This document shows positions 39,150-52,700 of a DNA stretch of 64,000 bases, in pieces. The number at the start of each line of letters is the position of its first letter. The first letter of the stretch is position 1. Below the pieces are notes generated by a model. It ran no database searches. It saw only the letters and a program-made list of their open reading frames with translations, and was not told the DNA's origin. The translations under genes were made by a program, and so were the position numbers. The stretch comes from Negaprion brevirostris. Its lineage: Eukaryota. The DNA is taken from the NCBI GenBank assembly GCA_030324005.1, contig JARDVH010000124.1, positions 34,120,580 to 34,184,579 on the forward strand, read 5' to 3'.

Positions 39150-40635
39150 AAAATGGAAGGGAGCACATTCCAAAGATTTTGATGTGGATTTTGGACACTG
39201 CACTGGAGATCTTGGTGCAGAAAATTGAAAGGAAAGTTGTCCTGTATTCAGAAGCAGTCAGAAGACACGGCAGACAAATGGTCAGAAGGCAATGGGAGCT
39301 GACAAATGTTTTGATCAATGCAGGTGTCTAGCCCACTGGATCTGGATTCCCCCAAGAAGTTCAATGACTTCCCTTGATTGGCTGGCAGCTCTTGGGAGGT
39401 GGGATCTCCTCCCTTAATGGGATAGGTGCCCCGATGACAACTAATTAGCTATGTTGGCATAAAATCCATTGAGGCTGCCATTAATAGGCAAAGTGTTACC
39501 CCTGCTTTTCTGGCCTGTTTTTGGGGACCACTGTCAGAAGCAAAAAGACTCAGTGTGGTGATTCACTGGGAATGAGTGGGCTGCAGCCAGAGTAGAAGGG
39601 AAGTGAAGATTAGACACAAGTTTACTGGACAGCAGGGACACCTACAAGTTCCACTGCAGAGTGCTCACCTGAGCACTGTGATGGGGTAGCCTACTGAAGA
39701 AAACTGGTGGATGTTCATGATAAAATATGGCTGCATCAGGAAAACTGTCAGAAAGCCTGCAGCTCAGAGTGAAGGCATGGAGGAATTTGGCACCACCTTG
39801 GTACAGGGTTTTTCTCAGAACTTTGAACCCAATCTATCACAGAAGTGCTGCTGAAGTTGGCACACTTGTGACCCCAACTATGGTGCATTGACTGAAGGCT
39901 AATGTCATATCGACTACGGTGCAAGCAGCAGTCATTCAAATGATCGGAACACCAGTTGAATTTGTCCTACAACTGATTACTAGATTTGCTGCAGCAAAGA
40001 CCCGGGGAAATGGTCGTGTCATCATGGAGCACAAACATGCTGTCTTTTCTCAGAACGAAAGCAATTTTCCTCCTACCGTTGTCTTTGTGCCAGTGTCCTT
40101 TCTGTTAAAGGACACTTTCCACCTGGGAAAGGAATTGAGGGTAAACATGTAGCCAGTGAATACTCCAGTAAAATGGTTGAAGAAGTAACATAAGTATTAA
40201 GCAGGATGTCTTTCTTTAATACTTTTCTACAGCCCAAATAGTATCCCTGAAGCCTTTCTAGCAGTCAAAATAAGATGATGAGCACTGTGTATAGGTGGGA
40301 AATGCAGCCATGCCAGAGATACAGAGGTGNNNNNNNNNNNNNNNNNNNNNNNNNNNNNNNNNNNNNNNNNNNNNNNNNNNNNNNNNNNNNNNNNNNNNNN
40401 NNNNNNNNNNNNNNNNNNNNNNNNNNNNNCAGTGTCCTTGCTGTGGCTGGAGAGCCAGACTGCTGTTGTCCATATCCACAAAATCAAATCTGCAGCCAGG
40501 ATTAGAACTGCCAGGTCATCTACAGTCTCACCTACTGAAACTCGGCTTCCATCAGTCACGCTGCAGCATCTGGAATTGGATAGGGCAATAAAACAAGATG
40601 ACAGGCACTAGGGTAATGCACAAAAGTGTGATTAG
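39150..40635 (+). mobile_element. PIF/Harbinger Myb/SANT-like gene remnant
   Basis: DTALEILVQKIERKVVLY..VRRQWE..INAG..KKFND (trihelix/Myb-SANT). Downstream low-complexity coding remnants end at ggcactagggtaatgcacaaaagtgtgattag. Confidence 0.7.
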
Positions 40636-40764
40636 CATGCGATATAGCATTTCTAAATTTGGTTAGAATGCTTTTATCTTTGCATTGTAGATGATTCTAG
40701 TGTACTGGTCAGTGGCAGATGTAAGCTAAGGTTAGCAAAAGGGGGATTTGGAACCACGGTTATT

Positions 40765-41060
40765 GGTATTGCATTTAGACGACCGCTTCATGGACAGTCC
40801 GGTCAGAAAGGGATTGTCTAGGTTGTCTCCTCCCTTGCTCCTCAGGATTCTCATCATCTTCCTCCTCCTTCTCCCACAACAGCGCCTGTACCCAAGCTGT
40901 TTTTCTTATAGTTGTAGACAACAGCTATCCCCTCATGGAGATTATGCAGCAGACCACCAGGAATTTTGTCAAGAACTATAAGATTCCTCCAGAGGCGTCC
41001 AGGCAGTGGAAGCATTGTTCCAGCATAACAAATCTGGTCTATCACATCTCACGTGGCAGC
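40765..41060 (-). mobile_element. PIF/Harbinger transposase C-terminal remnant
   Basis: Minus strand reads AAT*DVIDQ..MLEQCFHCLDASGGIL..KFLVVCC followed by an acidic tract; compare HARBI1-type TR.IIE..G.LK.RFRCLD.SGG.LQY..VVCC.LHN. Confidence 0.8.
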
Positions 41061-41190
41061 AAGACTTTCATGCATGCACGTGCGTGCATGTATGCACATG
41101 AATTGTGCACGAGTCAAGAGCCGTGACGTGAGCGGATAACACTTGTCAACCAGTAACCACCCTTTCATTAGCCACGGTAACTCAAATACA

Positions 41191-41409
41191 TGAAGTGGAG
41201 ATGCTGGTGTTGGACTGGGGTAAAACAAAGAAATCCCACAACATCAGCTTAAAGTCCAAACAGGTTTATTTGTAGCAAAAGCCGCAAGCTTTCGGGACAG
41301 CCTGTCCTCATTAGTTATAAGTAGTAGTCTTTCGGGACAGCCTGTCCCGAAAGCTTGCGACTTTTGCCACAAATAAACCTGTTTGGACTTTAAGCTGATG
41401 TTGTGGGAC
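41191..41409 (+). mobile_element. Penelope-derived palindromic mini-element with 11-bp TSD
   Basis: TSD actcaaataca at 41180-41190 and 41410-41420; 67-bp inverted arms at 41234-41300 and 41342-41408. Confidence 0.85.
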
Positions 41410-42479
41410 ACTCAAATACAGTCAGCATATTGGATTACCATAGAATGAAGGCATTATGGCTGTTTCCAGACTACTGGACATGATTCATTTCCTGTGTTCG
41501 TAACCCAGCTGGGTGTCAAGAAAGTGGAATCCATTTCAGTTGTAGTACAAAGTTGACATGCATTGACATAAAGTGAGTGCTATTGGGAACTCTGCAGTCC
41601 TCACAGAGCTGTATTTAATTTGTCAGTTTAAATCTTTCTATCAATATAAATATGGCTCTACATGTTTTGCATTGATGCTGCTAAACTTTCAGACAACGAC
41701 TGCCTACTGGCTGAAATATTTTGGTTAAGGCTCCATTGAGTTAATAGTCCATTTATTTTCATTGAGATTAAACTTTATTTTAGCACCTGAATAATTTAAT
41801 ATGTTACATATACTGCATTTATTTACATGTTACAAATGTCTCAGCACAATGCGCATTCAAAATTTACACTTAAAATGCAAAGTCTGAAGGAATTATACTC
41901 AGAAATTTATAGGCAGTACAAACAAACATAACGCATAGCAGATCATTAGAAGTCTTTAAACTTTCCACTTAGTTTAGGTCACAGGAAACAAGCACCTGCC
42001 CTATGAGAAAAATATGGTCCATTGTATCTCATTAAGCACATTTACTTAATCTTAAAAGTATCACTGGCATTTCATGATCTGCTAGACTAGGTTAATGTGT
42101 AAGGTCACATCATAGATCTGCTTTAATCCCCCTGATAGTCAGCATTTATTTTTCATCCTCATTAGTTATAAGTAGTAGTCTTATATTGGAAGACCATTGT
42201 TTTAGGAAGCATTACAATATGTGCAGATAACCAAATGTTTAGAAAATGTATAAAATCGCTGTTCAAGTAAAGGAGGGCCACAATACTTATTTTATGATGT
42301 CATGCTATTCCTGAGGATTGTGTGTCAAAATGAAGCATATTAATCTCCATCTACACGACAGACAAAATAACCTTCCAAATCCATTTCTAAATGTTTCAAC
42401 CTACATTTAAATTTCCAGTGGGTAAATTTGCATGACATTTTCTGTCTGTAAAAAAAGTCTGGATAAATGGCTTATGGTA

Positions 42480-43275
42480 TCAGATGGTCAGAGAAACAGC
42501 AACAGAAAATCATCCATCACACTTTGGTAGTAAGAATAAAAAAGCAGAATGGAGTGAATTCTTTAAACTTTGATGTTCAGATACTTTGATGTGCTCTCAC
42601 AAGGAACACAAAATTTAGTGGGCAGGTACAGCAAGCAATTAGGGAGACTAATCGCATGATGGCCTTTTTTTTGCAAGAGGACCTGAGTGAGTTCAAGGAC
42701 AAGGAGGTCTCGATACAATTGCACAAGACTTTGGTAAGACCACACCTGGAGTACTCTATGCAGATTTGACTTCCAGATCCAAAGGATCGATTTTTTTTGG
42801 AGATGCTACAGCATTCAGTTCACTACATTGGTTCCTGACATCCAGATGGTTTTTTAATGGTGAGAGTTTTAGTAAATTGGACCAATATACTTTGGAGTTT
42901 AGAGGGATGAGCGGTGATCTCATTTAAAAGCGCAGGATGCTGAAGAAGCTCGTTAGGATTCACCGAGGTGTTAAGTCAGGAACACTGGGGCACAGCCTTG
43001 GGATAAGGAATCAATCATTTAGGATGAAGATGAGGAGAATTTCTTTCAATCAGAGGGTTGTGCATTTTTGAAATTTTCTACCCCAGAGGACTGTAGTCCA
43101 TTATTGAATATGTTCAAAACTGAGATAAATGGATTTTTAATCTCTCAGAAAGTTGAGATATGGAAAGCAGGCAGAATAATGGAGATGCTGTAGAAGGACA
43201 GCCATGATAATATTACATGGCAGAGTACACTGCTAGGGTCACATGATCTATTCTGGCTTCTATTTCTCATGGTTA
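42480..43275 (+). mobile_element. Old CR1 3' portion
   Basis: ttggtaagaccacacctggagtac (LVRPHLEY) followed by a CR1-type 3' UTR. Confidence 0.8.
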
Positions 43276-43839
43276 TTGCGATCCTATCTTGTGCAGCCTC
43301 CGGTCCTCTCATGTTTTTAGGTCAAGTTATCTGACAGCATCAGGATCATACAGAAAGTCAAGGGAAATGCAAAACTCCTCTTGGTCACGCCACATCTCCT
43401 TCTATCCCCTTCTGCTTCCACTTCTGATGCCAGGTACAAAAGAATCCAAACTCTATTGAATATAAAATGGAGTCAAATCTACACTTAGTTCTGATCTCAT
43501 AGCTCTGTATAATCTTTATCTCGTCATCTTCCCAGTGCTCATGGTACTCATGTTCTTCCCTTCACTCCATTCCAGCCGAGAAACTGGCAACTCAATTACT
43601 CACTGTCAGTCTCATTTGTATTAACATAGTCATGTGCTTGATTTCTTTAAAAACTGTTACCATTCCCTGACTTAGTGATCATAATTGCCTTACCGTTCCA
43701 AAAATTTATCACTGACCCATTTTACGCCTTCTCCATGTGGTTTTGAAGCATTCCTTGTCACCCACCTCCATGTCAACCCTTCCAATCATTCCCTATTTCA
43801 ATAGCTTTCAGTGAGCCACAATCTACTTTCAGTCTAGGT

Positions 43840-45320
43840 TGCCAATGACTTTCCTGTATTTAATAATTTGTTAGAAAAAGATGTGGCATGCCAGAGGGCT
43901 GGCCAACTGTTCATGTAATTCCTGCATTTATAAAAAGGAGGACAGAACATGTCCAGGGAATTCCAGACCAGTCAGCTTAACATTAGTGAGAGGAAAAATA
44001 ACTGAATCCTTACTGGAAAGGAGGACAGAAGAACATCTAGAAAAGAAAATCATAATAGTAAATAGTCAGCAGGGATTTCAAAAGCAAAAACCTTGCTTGG
44101 CTAATCTTATTTTTTTTAAAGCAATTTTATCACACGTTTCTTCCCTTTGCAGAATAGTGGGAAGGTGATGGGATGAATCCCAGTTGATTATCGGCTCATT
44201 GAACAGTGTCATACATGCGCCTTCCATAGCCAGCAAGTCCTGGTGTGGCACTTGAATCCGACCATTACAGCTCAAGACTTCCTTTCTTTTATTCATCCAT
44301 GGGATGTGGACATCGCTGGCTGAACCTATTCCTACTTGCCCTTGATAAGATGGTGAGTTGGCTTCTTGAACCACTGAAGCCCATGTGGTCTAGGTACACC
44401 CACAGTGCCGTTGGGGAGCAAAGTCCAGGATTTTGACATAGCAACAGTGAAAGATCAGGAATATATTTCCAAGTCAGGATGGTGAGAAGCTTATAGGAGA
44501 GATGGTGATGTTCACATGTGTCTGTGCCTCTTGTCCTTCTGGATGAGAGTGACCGTGGGTTTGGAAAGCACTCTCTCAGGAGGCTTTGTGAGTTCCTGCT
44601 GTCACACATTGATGCAACTGTNNNNNNNNNNNNNNNNNNNNNNNNNNNNNNNNNNNNNNNNNNNNNNNNNNNNNNNNNNNNNNNNNNNNNNNNNNNNNNN
44701 NNNNNNNNNNNNNNNNNNNNNCAAGTGGGTTATTTTGTCCTGGGTGGTGTCAAATTTCTTGAGCGTTGTTGAAGCTGTTCTAATCCAGGTAATGGGAGTA
44801 TTCCATCACACTCCCGATTTGTGCCTTGTAGATCTTGGACAAGATATGGGGAGTCAGGGAGGGAAGTTACTTGTTAAAGGATTCCAAGCTTGTAGCTTGC
44901 TCTTATAGCCAGTCCAGTTTAGTTTCTGGTCAATGGTAACCCCAGAATGTTGATGGTGCGGGATTCAGCGAAGGTAATGCCATTAAATGTCATGAGGTGA
45001 TGGTTAGATTCTCTCTTGTCAGAGATGGTCATTTCCTAGCCCTTGTGTGGCATGAATATTACTTGCCACTTATCAGCCCAAGCCTGGATATTGTTCAGGT
45101 CTAGTTGCGTTTGGATATGGACAGCTTCATTATCTGATGAATCTCCTTTCATGATGAGAACAGAGAAGGTTGACAATGTTAACGCAGTAGATGTAATTTA
45201 TCTGGATTTAAAAGATCTTCAGTAAGGTACCTCATAATAGACTAATAAACCAGATTAAAGAATAAGTGGCAGAATATATTTCTAATTTGCGTTGAGAGTA
45301 GGAGTAGAGAATAATTATTC
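43840..45320 (+). mobile_element. CR1 RT fragment interrupted by nested repeats, including an antisense LINE at ~44283-45150
   Basis: KKEDRTCPGNSRPVSLTLVRGK..SQQGFQKQKPCLANLIFF breaks at ~44120 and resumes at ~45158 as TEKVDNVNAVDVIYLD. Confidence 0.8.
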
Positions 45321-46099
45321 AGAGAAACGCAGGCCCTCCCCGCCTGCTTGTATGGGATACAGTTGAAGACCACTGTTGAGATATTCCCCAAACCCCCCCC
45401 CCAACACCATGCACTCCAACCCAATTGCCCACTATGCTGGCTTGGCTGCTTTAGCTATGAATATAAGAATAGGCCGGGGGGGGTGCCTCCATGTCATGGC
45501 TGGTTCCCACGCCCAGAAACCCTGTTGGCTCATACTTCTAACCTCAGAGAAAATTAGCTCCCTTAATACCATCGTTTATCCTGCTGCTCACCTGTTATGT
45601 CCATAATAATGGACATTGCTAGAAGCCCCTTAAGAAGTCAGAGTCTTAGATATCCATGACAATAATGGATCATCCAAGTAGCAAAACAGTCATAATCTAA
45701 TACAAGAAAAATTCCTTCCTTTGAAAAATTCCAGCTGGGAGCAATTTAATGTCCCTTTAAAAATGGCCAGCCCATAAACAGGGGTATGGCAGGATGCAAA
45801 AATGGCAAAGCATGATGCCAGACATCAAATAAGCAAGGGACAACTGATGTTGTCAGATCTCCAATGTTATTTTTGTCTAAACCTCCACTGCCATGTCTAC
45901 TTCTTCAACCTGCTTACAAACCATGAACATTACACATCCTGTGGTGGCCGTTTTTAAAGGGATGTTTAATTGCTGTCAGCTAGACTTCTTCAGTGGGTAG
46001 GCATTTTTCTTGTATTAGATAATGATTGCTTTGCTAAGATAACCCATGGGTATACAAGACTCTGACTTCTTGAGAGGCTTCCAGCAGTGGACTCATTTC

Positions 46100-46945
46100 C
46101 TCCCGTGGGTGTTTTTGGCACTTCTACTCCAACTATAAGAAGAAAAGGTAAGGAGGAAGGAGTAGATGAGGTAAATGATGTTTACTCACAGGAATTCTTA
46201 TCCTCCTAACACAGTTCACATATAGGGTGGCATATGCACACTCCGAGTACGTAGAAATTGAACTTCTCTAAGGAAGGCTGTCAGTATTACATCCCCTTCT
46301 GCATCAGGACACAGCTTTGTCTATTGCAGTCTAGGAGAAAGCAATCCGGAGCATCTTTGCTCCAGCAACTCCGAGGCTGGCCTGGTAGGTGTCAGGTACA
46401 TTAGTAAGTATGAAGATCATTCTTGCATTGACCAGGTAATTGGCCCTTTATCTCCATCACTATCCCCATGGATGCCCAAAAAACAGGTCTCTGGTGTTGT
46501 TTAGACTGTAGTTTATCCACAAGTCAAACTTTGTTGTTTGACAGGCTTCTTCTAGATGAGCATCATTGTATCATAAATCCCAAGGGCTCTTCACCTGTCT
46601 GCAGCTGGTGTATGATTATCAGCATCACTTCTTGTACATCCGTGCCTGCTTTCCTAATAGCTGTTACGACGAATTTATATTGCTGCAATCCTCCACGTCC
46701 CACACCTTTGCCTTTGCACAGCAAGGAAGAGACTGGCCTCTTGTAGATGAGGGCTATTCCCCTCTCAGGAACCTACATGTTGTGGCCAAGCCATTCTACA
46801 GTCAGACCCATGACTGAATTCTCATTAGCAGCTCACTGGAAACTTCATGCAACAATCCCACTGTCAAGACAGCTCGGGGGACTTCATCCACTGCAGCACA
46901 AATAAAAAGTATATGCTTGTGGTTTTCTGTGTGCTGTTTAACTTT
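46100..46945 (+). mobile_element. PIF/Harbinger DDE transposase remnant
   Basis: LQLVYDYQHHFLYIRACFPNSCYDEFILLQS..DWPLVDEGYSPL; compare HARBI1-type VQLVCD..A.FPGS.HD.FIL..S..WLLGD.GYPL. Confidence 0.8.
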
Positions 46946-47768
46946 GTGCTCTGAATCCCAGAAGAAACTGTTTCAATCAGTGCCCACACTATTTCTCCAG
47001 CCAATCATCTTCCAAAGTTATGCTGGACGACTGGGACAATGCTTATGGCAATTCTACCATATTATTGTCAGAAGAACACTGTCAACATAACACAATCCAT
47101 TTAATGCAGAACACAACTGAGTGGAATTTTTCATTTTTCTTCCTCAGAAGTAGAGAGGTTTTACGATGAGGCTGTTTCATGCACATGGAGTTTATCTTTT
47201 CTTGTGGATCAAAGTTTGAATATATTTAATATGCAAATAAAATGGATTTTGACTTACTAAGACTCTTACTCTGCAGACAAGTGCCTAAAGGGACAATCGG
47301 CACAAATTGTTGGATGCACAAGAGGTAGTGAGTGAACTGTCCCTCAGACAGATATATGTATAAATTGATCTGTTAAGAAAATTCTCTCTCCTGGCATATT
47401 GAACTAATGTCACTCATCTATATCCACTGTTTACATATGAACATACATGCAGACAAACCCAAAACTGTATTCTGTTAAAAGAACATAGAACAGTATGATC
47501 TTACTTGCTGTTCGTACCATGTTCTTACTGCAATGAAGTTGGAGAATTTGGCAGCAGGATGGGAAAATCCTGCTGGCGTGAGCAGTGATAAGATTTGGGC
47601 CATAAACTGCCTTATTTATATTTCAAGTTACTGTTAATATTTTGGAAACACTCAACATTTGAGGGTATGATTTTGCAAGCAATAATGAAAAGTCAGGAGC
47701 CAATGACATATACAATAAGGTAATTTGATACTCTTGTCAGCTAATGAAACATGTCATCAGCTAATGTG

Positions 47769-47923
47769 AAACCAAAAAAGAGAAAATGCTGGGAAAAAAA
47801 TCTCAGCAGGTCTGGCAGCATCTGTAAGGAGAGAAATCTGGACATTTGGAGTCCAGGTGACCCTTTGTCAAAAAGATTTTCTCTTTTGGTTTCAGATTCC
47901 AACATCTGCAGTAATTTGCTTTT
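47769..47923. mobile_element. Penelope-like mini-element (second family; a more decayed copy lies at ~21380-21495)
   Basis: Terminus gaaaatgctggga..ctcagcaggtctggcagcatctg, an inverted copy of its start, and TSD-like flanks atcagcta(ca)atgtg. Confidence 0.65.
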
Positions 47924-49734
47924 ATCAGCTACAATGTGCGCTGATTCAATTGCAAAATGCTCCAATCTCCTTAAACATGGCAACCACAGGAGCAGCTATG
48001 ATAGGGAGTAGGCTGTAAATATGCCTAGAGGTTAGGCAATGCAGAAAAGGCAATTAATTACTTTATGGGTGAGGCAAGATGATTCCACATCAGATTTAAA
48101 AGTAAATTTAATTTTGTGATTTTGCACATTTTAAATTAATACTTTACTGTAAATTTAAACTATTTTAAAAAGAACTTGATGAGACAAAGGCTTACTTTTC
48201 ACTGGTGATCATTTACATTTAGACACATAGGCAGGATAGGAAAGTTCTGCCCAGTCACAAGTTTCATGGTGGGCAAGAGCAGCAGGCAAGAGATTAGAAA
48301 CCCACCACTGTAACAACAGTTTGCAATTCTCCCGATAGTGGCTTAATAGAGTGTTGATTAATCTGTCTAGTGGCACAAGCACCATTTGAATTTATTTAAA
48401 TCTCATGACTGTTCATTATAAAAGCTGCATGCCTGTATTTTCTCATGCTTTCCAATGTCACATCAAGCCAATTGGAAATTAGGATGGACTAAAACCCATT
48501 TGAAATATGTAACGTGTACAAGTTGGATCCCAACTTTTACAACTGTGAGAATAACTGCATCAACATACTTGCATTGCGCTGTTCTTGTTGCAATGAATGC
48601 CAGGGTGCTGGGATTGTAGGGTTGGCTTCTTCTTGCCCTTTACTGAAATTGTCCACAAGGACATCACGGTACGGTGTTAATCATGCAGGCCTCCACTTTC
48701 AGATACTGACCACGAACAGTGGTTCAAGAAGGCAACACGCCACGACCTTCACAAGGGGAATTAGGATTAGACATTAAATCTTGACCTACCTAGGTATGTT
48801 CACATCTCATTTATGAATTTTAAAAATCTTGGTCTGAGTACTGATCGAAAGCTTTGCAGAAGGTTGAGATTTCTAAAGCCTTCCACTTTCTTCCAACAAG
48901 GTTATCTCTTCAAACCTCCAAATATGCCATGGTTATAAACTGCCAATGTCTTAAACATAGCCACCAAGAGTCAGAAGTCTCCTGCTTCCTTAACCCTAGA
49001 GTTTGTAATTAAAACTCTCTGGGGATGGTCTTGCCTGTCATTCATGCCATGCTCCTGCTGCAGCAAAGTTGAAGAATTTGGTGGCCAGCCAAATCTCTTC
49101 ACGGCGATGGGATGGGAAAATCCCACCAGCACGAATGGTGGTAAGATTCCAGCCTGCATGACTCTCTTCTCAGCTTGGCTATTTCAGAAGTCAAACTCAC
49201 TGTTAGGAACCCTTCAAATAACAAGGTCAAACCCTTAAACTCAGTAGCAAGAATTTTAATTAAATGCTGATGGAAAGAGATGTTCCCTTCTATGTAGCCA
49301 AGTTGTCTTAAATTAAAACCCTCCATACCCAGGGACTGAGTCACCGACATAATTAACATTCTGTTGTCCATTTTCCTATTGGTTAGCTCCCATGCAACTT
49401 GGTCACATGGTTAGTTTTTGGAAGTACTGTGCCTTTCCAAGAAATCTAGCTCTGAAAGGAGCAATCATCTCACCATGAAATACAAAAAGTTTCCCCAAAA
49501 GCACAGCAACCATCGCACAGGTGCTATATTTGACACTATAAATGCAGTACTATACTTAACATGATGTATTAACTACAAGTTATATGCAGCACCTCAGTAA
49601 ATATTACAAAGCTCTATGCTTGCAGGGTAATACACAATGGTTTTTATACAGCAGTGTGTACTATACATTATATAGTACTTCATTACCTATACAATGCTTC
49701 ACGAATGTGCGTATATATTTCACACTTATGACCT

Positions 49735-52700
49735 TTGAATTTATATTCTGGATCAGTAATCAGAGGCCTGGAGTAATGATACTCTGGAGAGGCTTTAAAT
49801 TTTGTATCTGGGAATTTTAATTTAATTAATTCAATGAATCTAGAATAAAAAACTGCCATCCATAATGGTGAATATGAAGTTAGCAGATTGCCATAAAAAT
49901 TGTTTTGTTCTTTAGGAATGCAAATGTTCTGTCCTTACCTAATCTGTTTTATGTGTGGCACAATAACGTGGTTGACATTTAACTTACTTCTGAAGTAACC
50001 TNNNNNNNNNNNNNNNNNNNNNNNNNNNNNNNNNNNNNNNNNNNNNNNNNNNNNNNNNNNNNNNNNNNNNNNNNNNNNNNNNNNNNNNNNNNNNNNNNNN
50101 NNNNNNNNNNNNNNNNNNNNNNNNNNNNNNNNNNNNNNNNNNNNNNNNNNNNNNNNNNNNNNNNNNNNNNTTCAACACACTAACACACTACAGCTCAAGT
50201 CCCTAACTCCTCCATCACCAATGCTGTTTCCTACTGGCAGGAAAAATTTGCCAGTGATGGCAGCCAAATCAGGAGAAAGGAATCTTTGGTGTATTCAAAT
50301 TGCCTTTGGACAGAAAAACATGAACAAGAAAGCCTCCTGCTGATTACCACCTACAGCCCTCCCCTCAGCTGATGTATCAGTGTTCTTGCACGTTGAACAG
50401 CACTTGAAAGGAGTACCGAATGTATTAAGAGTATATAATGGACTCTGGAGGATCGGGACTTCAATGTCCATCACCAACAGTGGCTTGTAGAAACACTATT
50501 GATTAAGCAGAACATACTCGTCAGTTTGGCCCTATAACAAGGGGTGGGAGAAACATCAAAAGACAGAAACATTTGACCTCATTCTTAATAATCCATCATA
50601 AATACATCTGTCCATGATGATACTGGAAGTAACCATCTCACAGACCTTGTTGAGACAAAGTCCCATCTTTACACAAAGGACAGTGTCCACCATGTTGTGA
50701 GACACCACATTCATGCTAAATGAGATAAATTCAGAACAGCTCAAGTAACTCAAAACTGGGAATGCTTGAATAGCAGCAGTACTGTATTGTACAAGCTGTA
50801 GCTTCATGTCCCAGCAATTCCCTCAAATCCCATTAAGCCAAACACTGCTTCAAATGTAAGGAGTTTTAGAATTAGTTTTAGCTTTTGAATTAAACTAGTT
50901 AATGGAGAATACCCCATGTACACCCATATTCTCAGTAATAGCAGAACTCAGACATGGCTGTAAAAGGTGGGTTGGAGAGTTCATAGTCACTTTCAGCCAG
51001 AGATCCTTGATCCATCTTAGCCTCCTCCTGAGAGGATGCCAGACTTAAACCAATTTGATTCACTTCTCTTGAAGTGAATAACGATTGAAGATGCAGCAAA
51101 GGATTTGTACCCTGACAATATCATCATGTCTGTGCTCCAGAATTAGGTATGCCTCTAACAAACTGTTCCAGGACTATAATAGTACTTGAATCTACCCATA
51201 GTGGGAAATTGCCGTGGCATGACCTGTCCACAAAAAAGCAGAGTAATTGCAAATTAGCCAATTACTGCCATATTAGTCTATTTTCAATCATCAGCAAAGT
51301 GATAAAATGGTTCTCAACTCTGTTCTCAAGTGGGGCTTACTCACTAATGATCTGCTTGCCGATGCTCAGTTTGGTCTCTGCCAGGACCACTTGATATCAA
51401 GCCACGTTACAAATGGGATACAAGAGCTGAATTGCAGAGATGAGCACTTGAACAAGTTTTAAATCCAGGAGCCCCAGGAAATTTGAAATACAAAGAAAGG
51501 TCACTCTATTTCTTGAAGCTAATTACCTCAGCACCTAGGACATCACTGCAGGAGTTCCTCAGGGCAGCATCTGAGGTACAACCATCTTCAACTGCTGCAT
51601 CATTGATTTCCCCTTCATCATAAGATCAGATGCTGGACGTTTGTTAATGATTACACATGATTCAGTTCCAGTTAAAGCTCCTCAGATAATGAAGCAGTGT
51701 GCCACACGCAGCAAGACCTGGACAGCATTCAGACTGTGCTGCTGAGTTCCAAACTAACATTCATACAATGCAGGTGCCTGGCAGCGATCACGTCCAACAA
51801 GAGAGCTTCTGAGCAAGTCCTCTTAACAGCCAATTACTGTTGCTCAACCTCCCAGTATTAAGATCCTATACATCACCATTGACCACCAACATAAATACTG
51901 GCCTGATTCTTCCAATCTCCAGGTTATCAGAGACCAGGCATACAGGTGAACATATGCCCCAGGACCTTGTGGACACCCTGGTGTATGGACCTCCATGGAA
52001 CTTACTTGGGAAGTTTCGACTTCTGATGGGCAATTCCCCCACTCCCTGGGATGCTCCACAAATGTCTTTGACATTGGAGTTAGAGTCAGAAACTTCTGAT
52101 AGTTCCATGGCACTTATCTGGGCAGTATTATCAAAGACATATTAGAACCTAGTCTAATACCTGGCTAACTCTACAAACAACATCCAATCATTCTTGCCTC
52201 ACCCCCATCAACCCCCTGAATGCCCAACGTGATTTAACCACACATGACCCAAATAACCCTCCCAACTATCTTTCTGACCAACTGAACCCAATGACCCAAT
52301 CTGACTACCCTCAAAACCTAAACCAATTATCCCCAAGACTCTCCTAACCCTCCAATCTGACATCCCCTTTGACCACCCTCATACCCAACCATCCCTTTAA
52401 CTATCTGACTACACCCATAACAGATTAGCCCCTTACCCACCTGCCACCCTACAAAACTCTCACCTTATCCACCTGCCACTTCATTTATTCATGTCATCCA
52501 CCTACCCAGTCATCCACCCTCCCACCTCCTCATCTATCTAAACCACATGGCTATTCATTTATCCAGTAGAATTTACTCACTAATATTCAAACTGCATCTT
52601 TAAGCTTACTGGTAGTGCTACAAAAAAAAATGCGTTCTCTCCTCTCCCAACTGCATTCCGTTTCATTAGAGTTCTCTCAGCTGAACTGTGCTTTTCTGTG

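Noticed and set aside
41068-41112. Alternating purine-pyrimidine, quasi-palindromic tract (Z-DNA-like)
   Set aside because: Short low-complexity sequence with no evidence of function.
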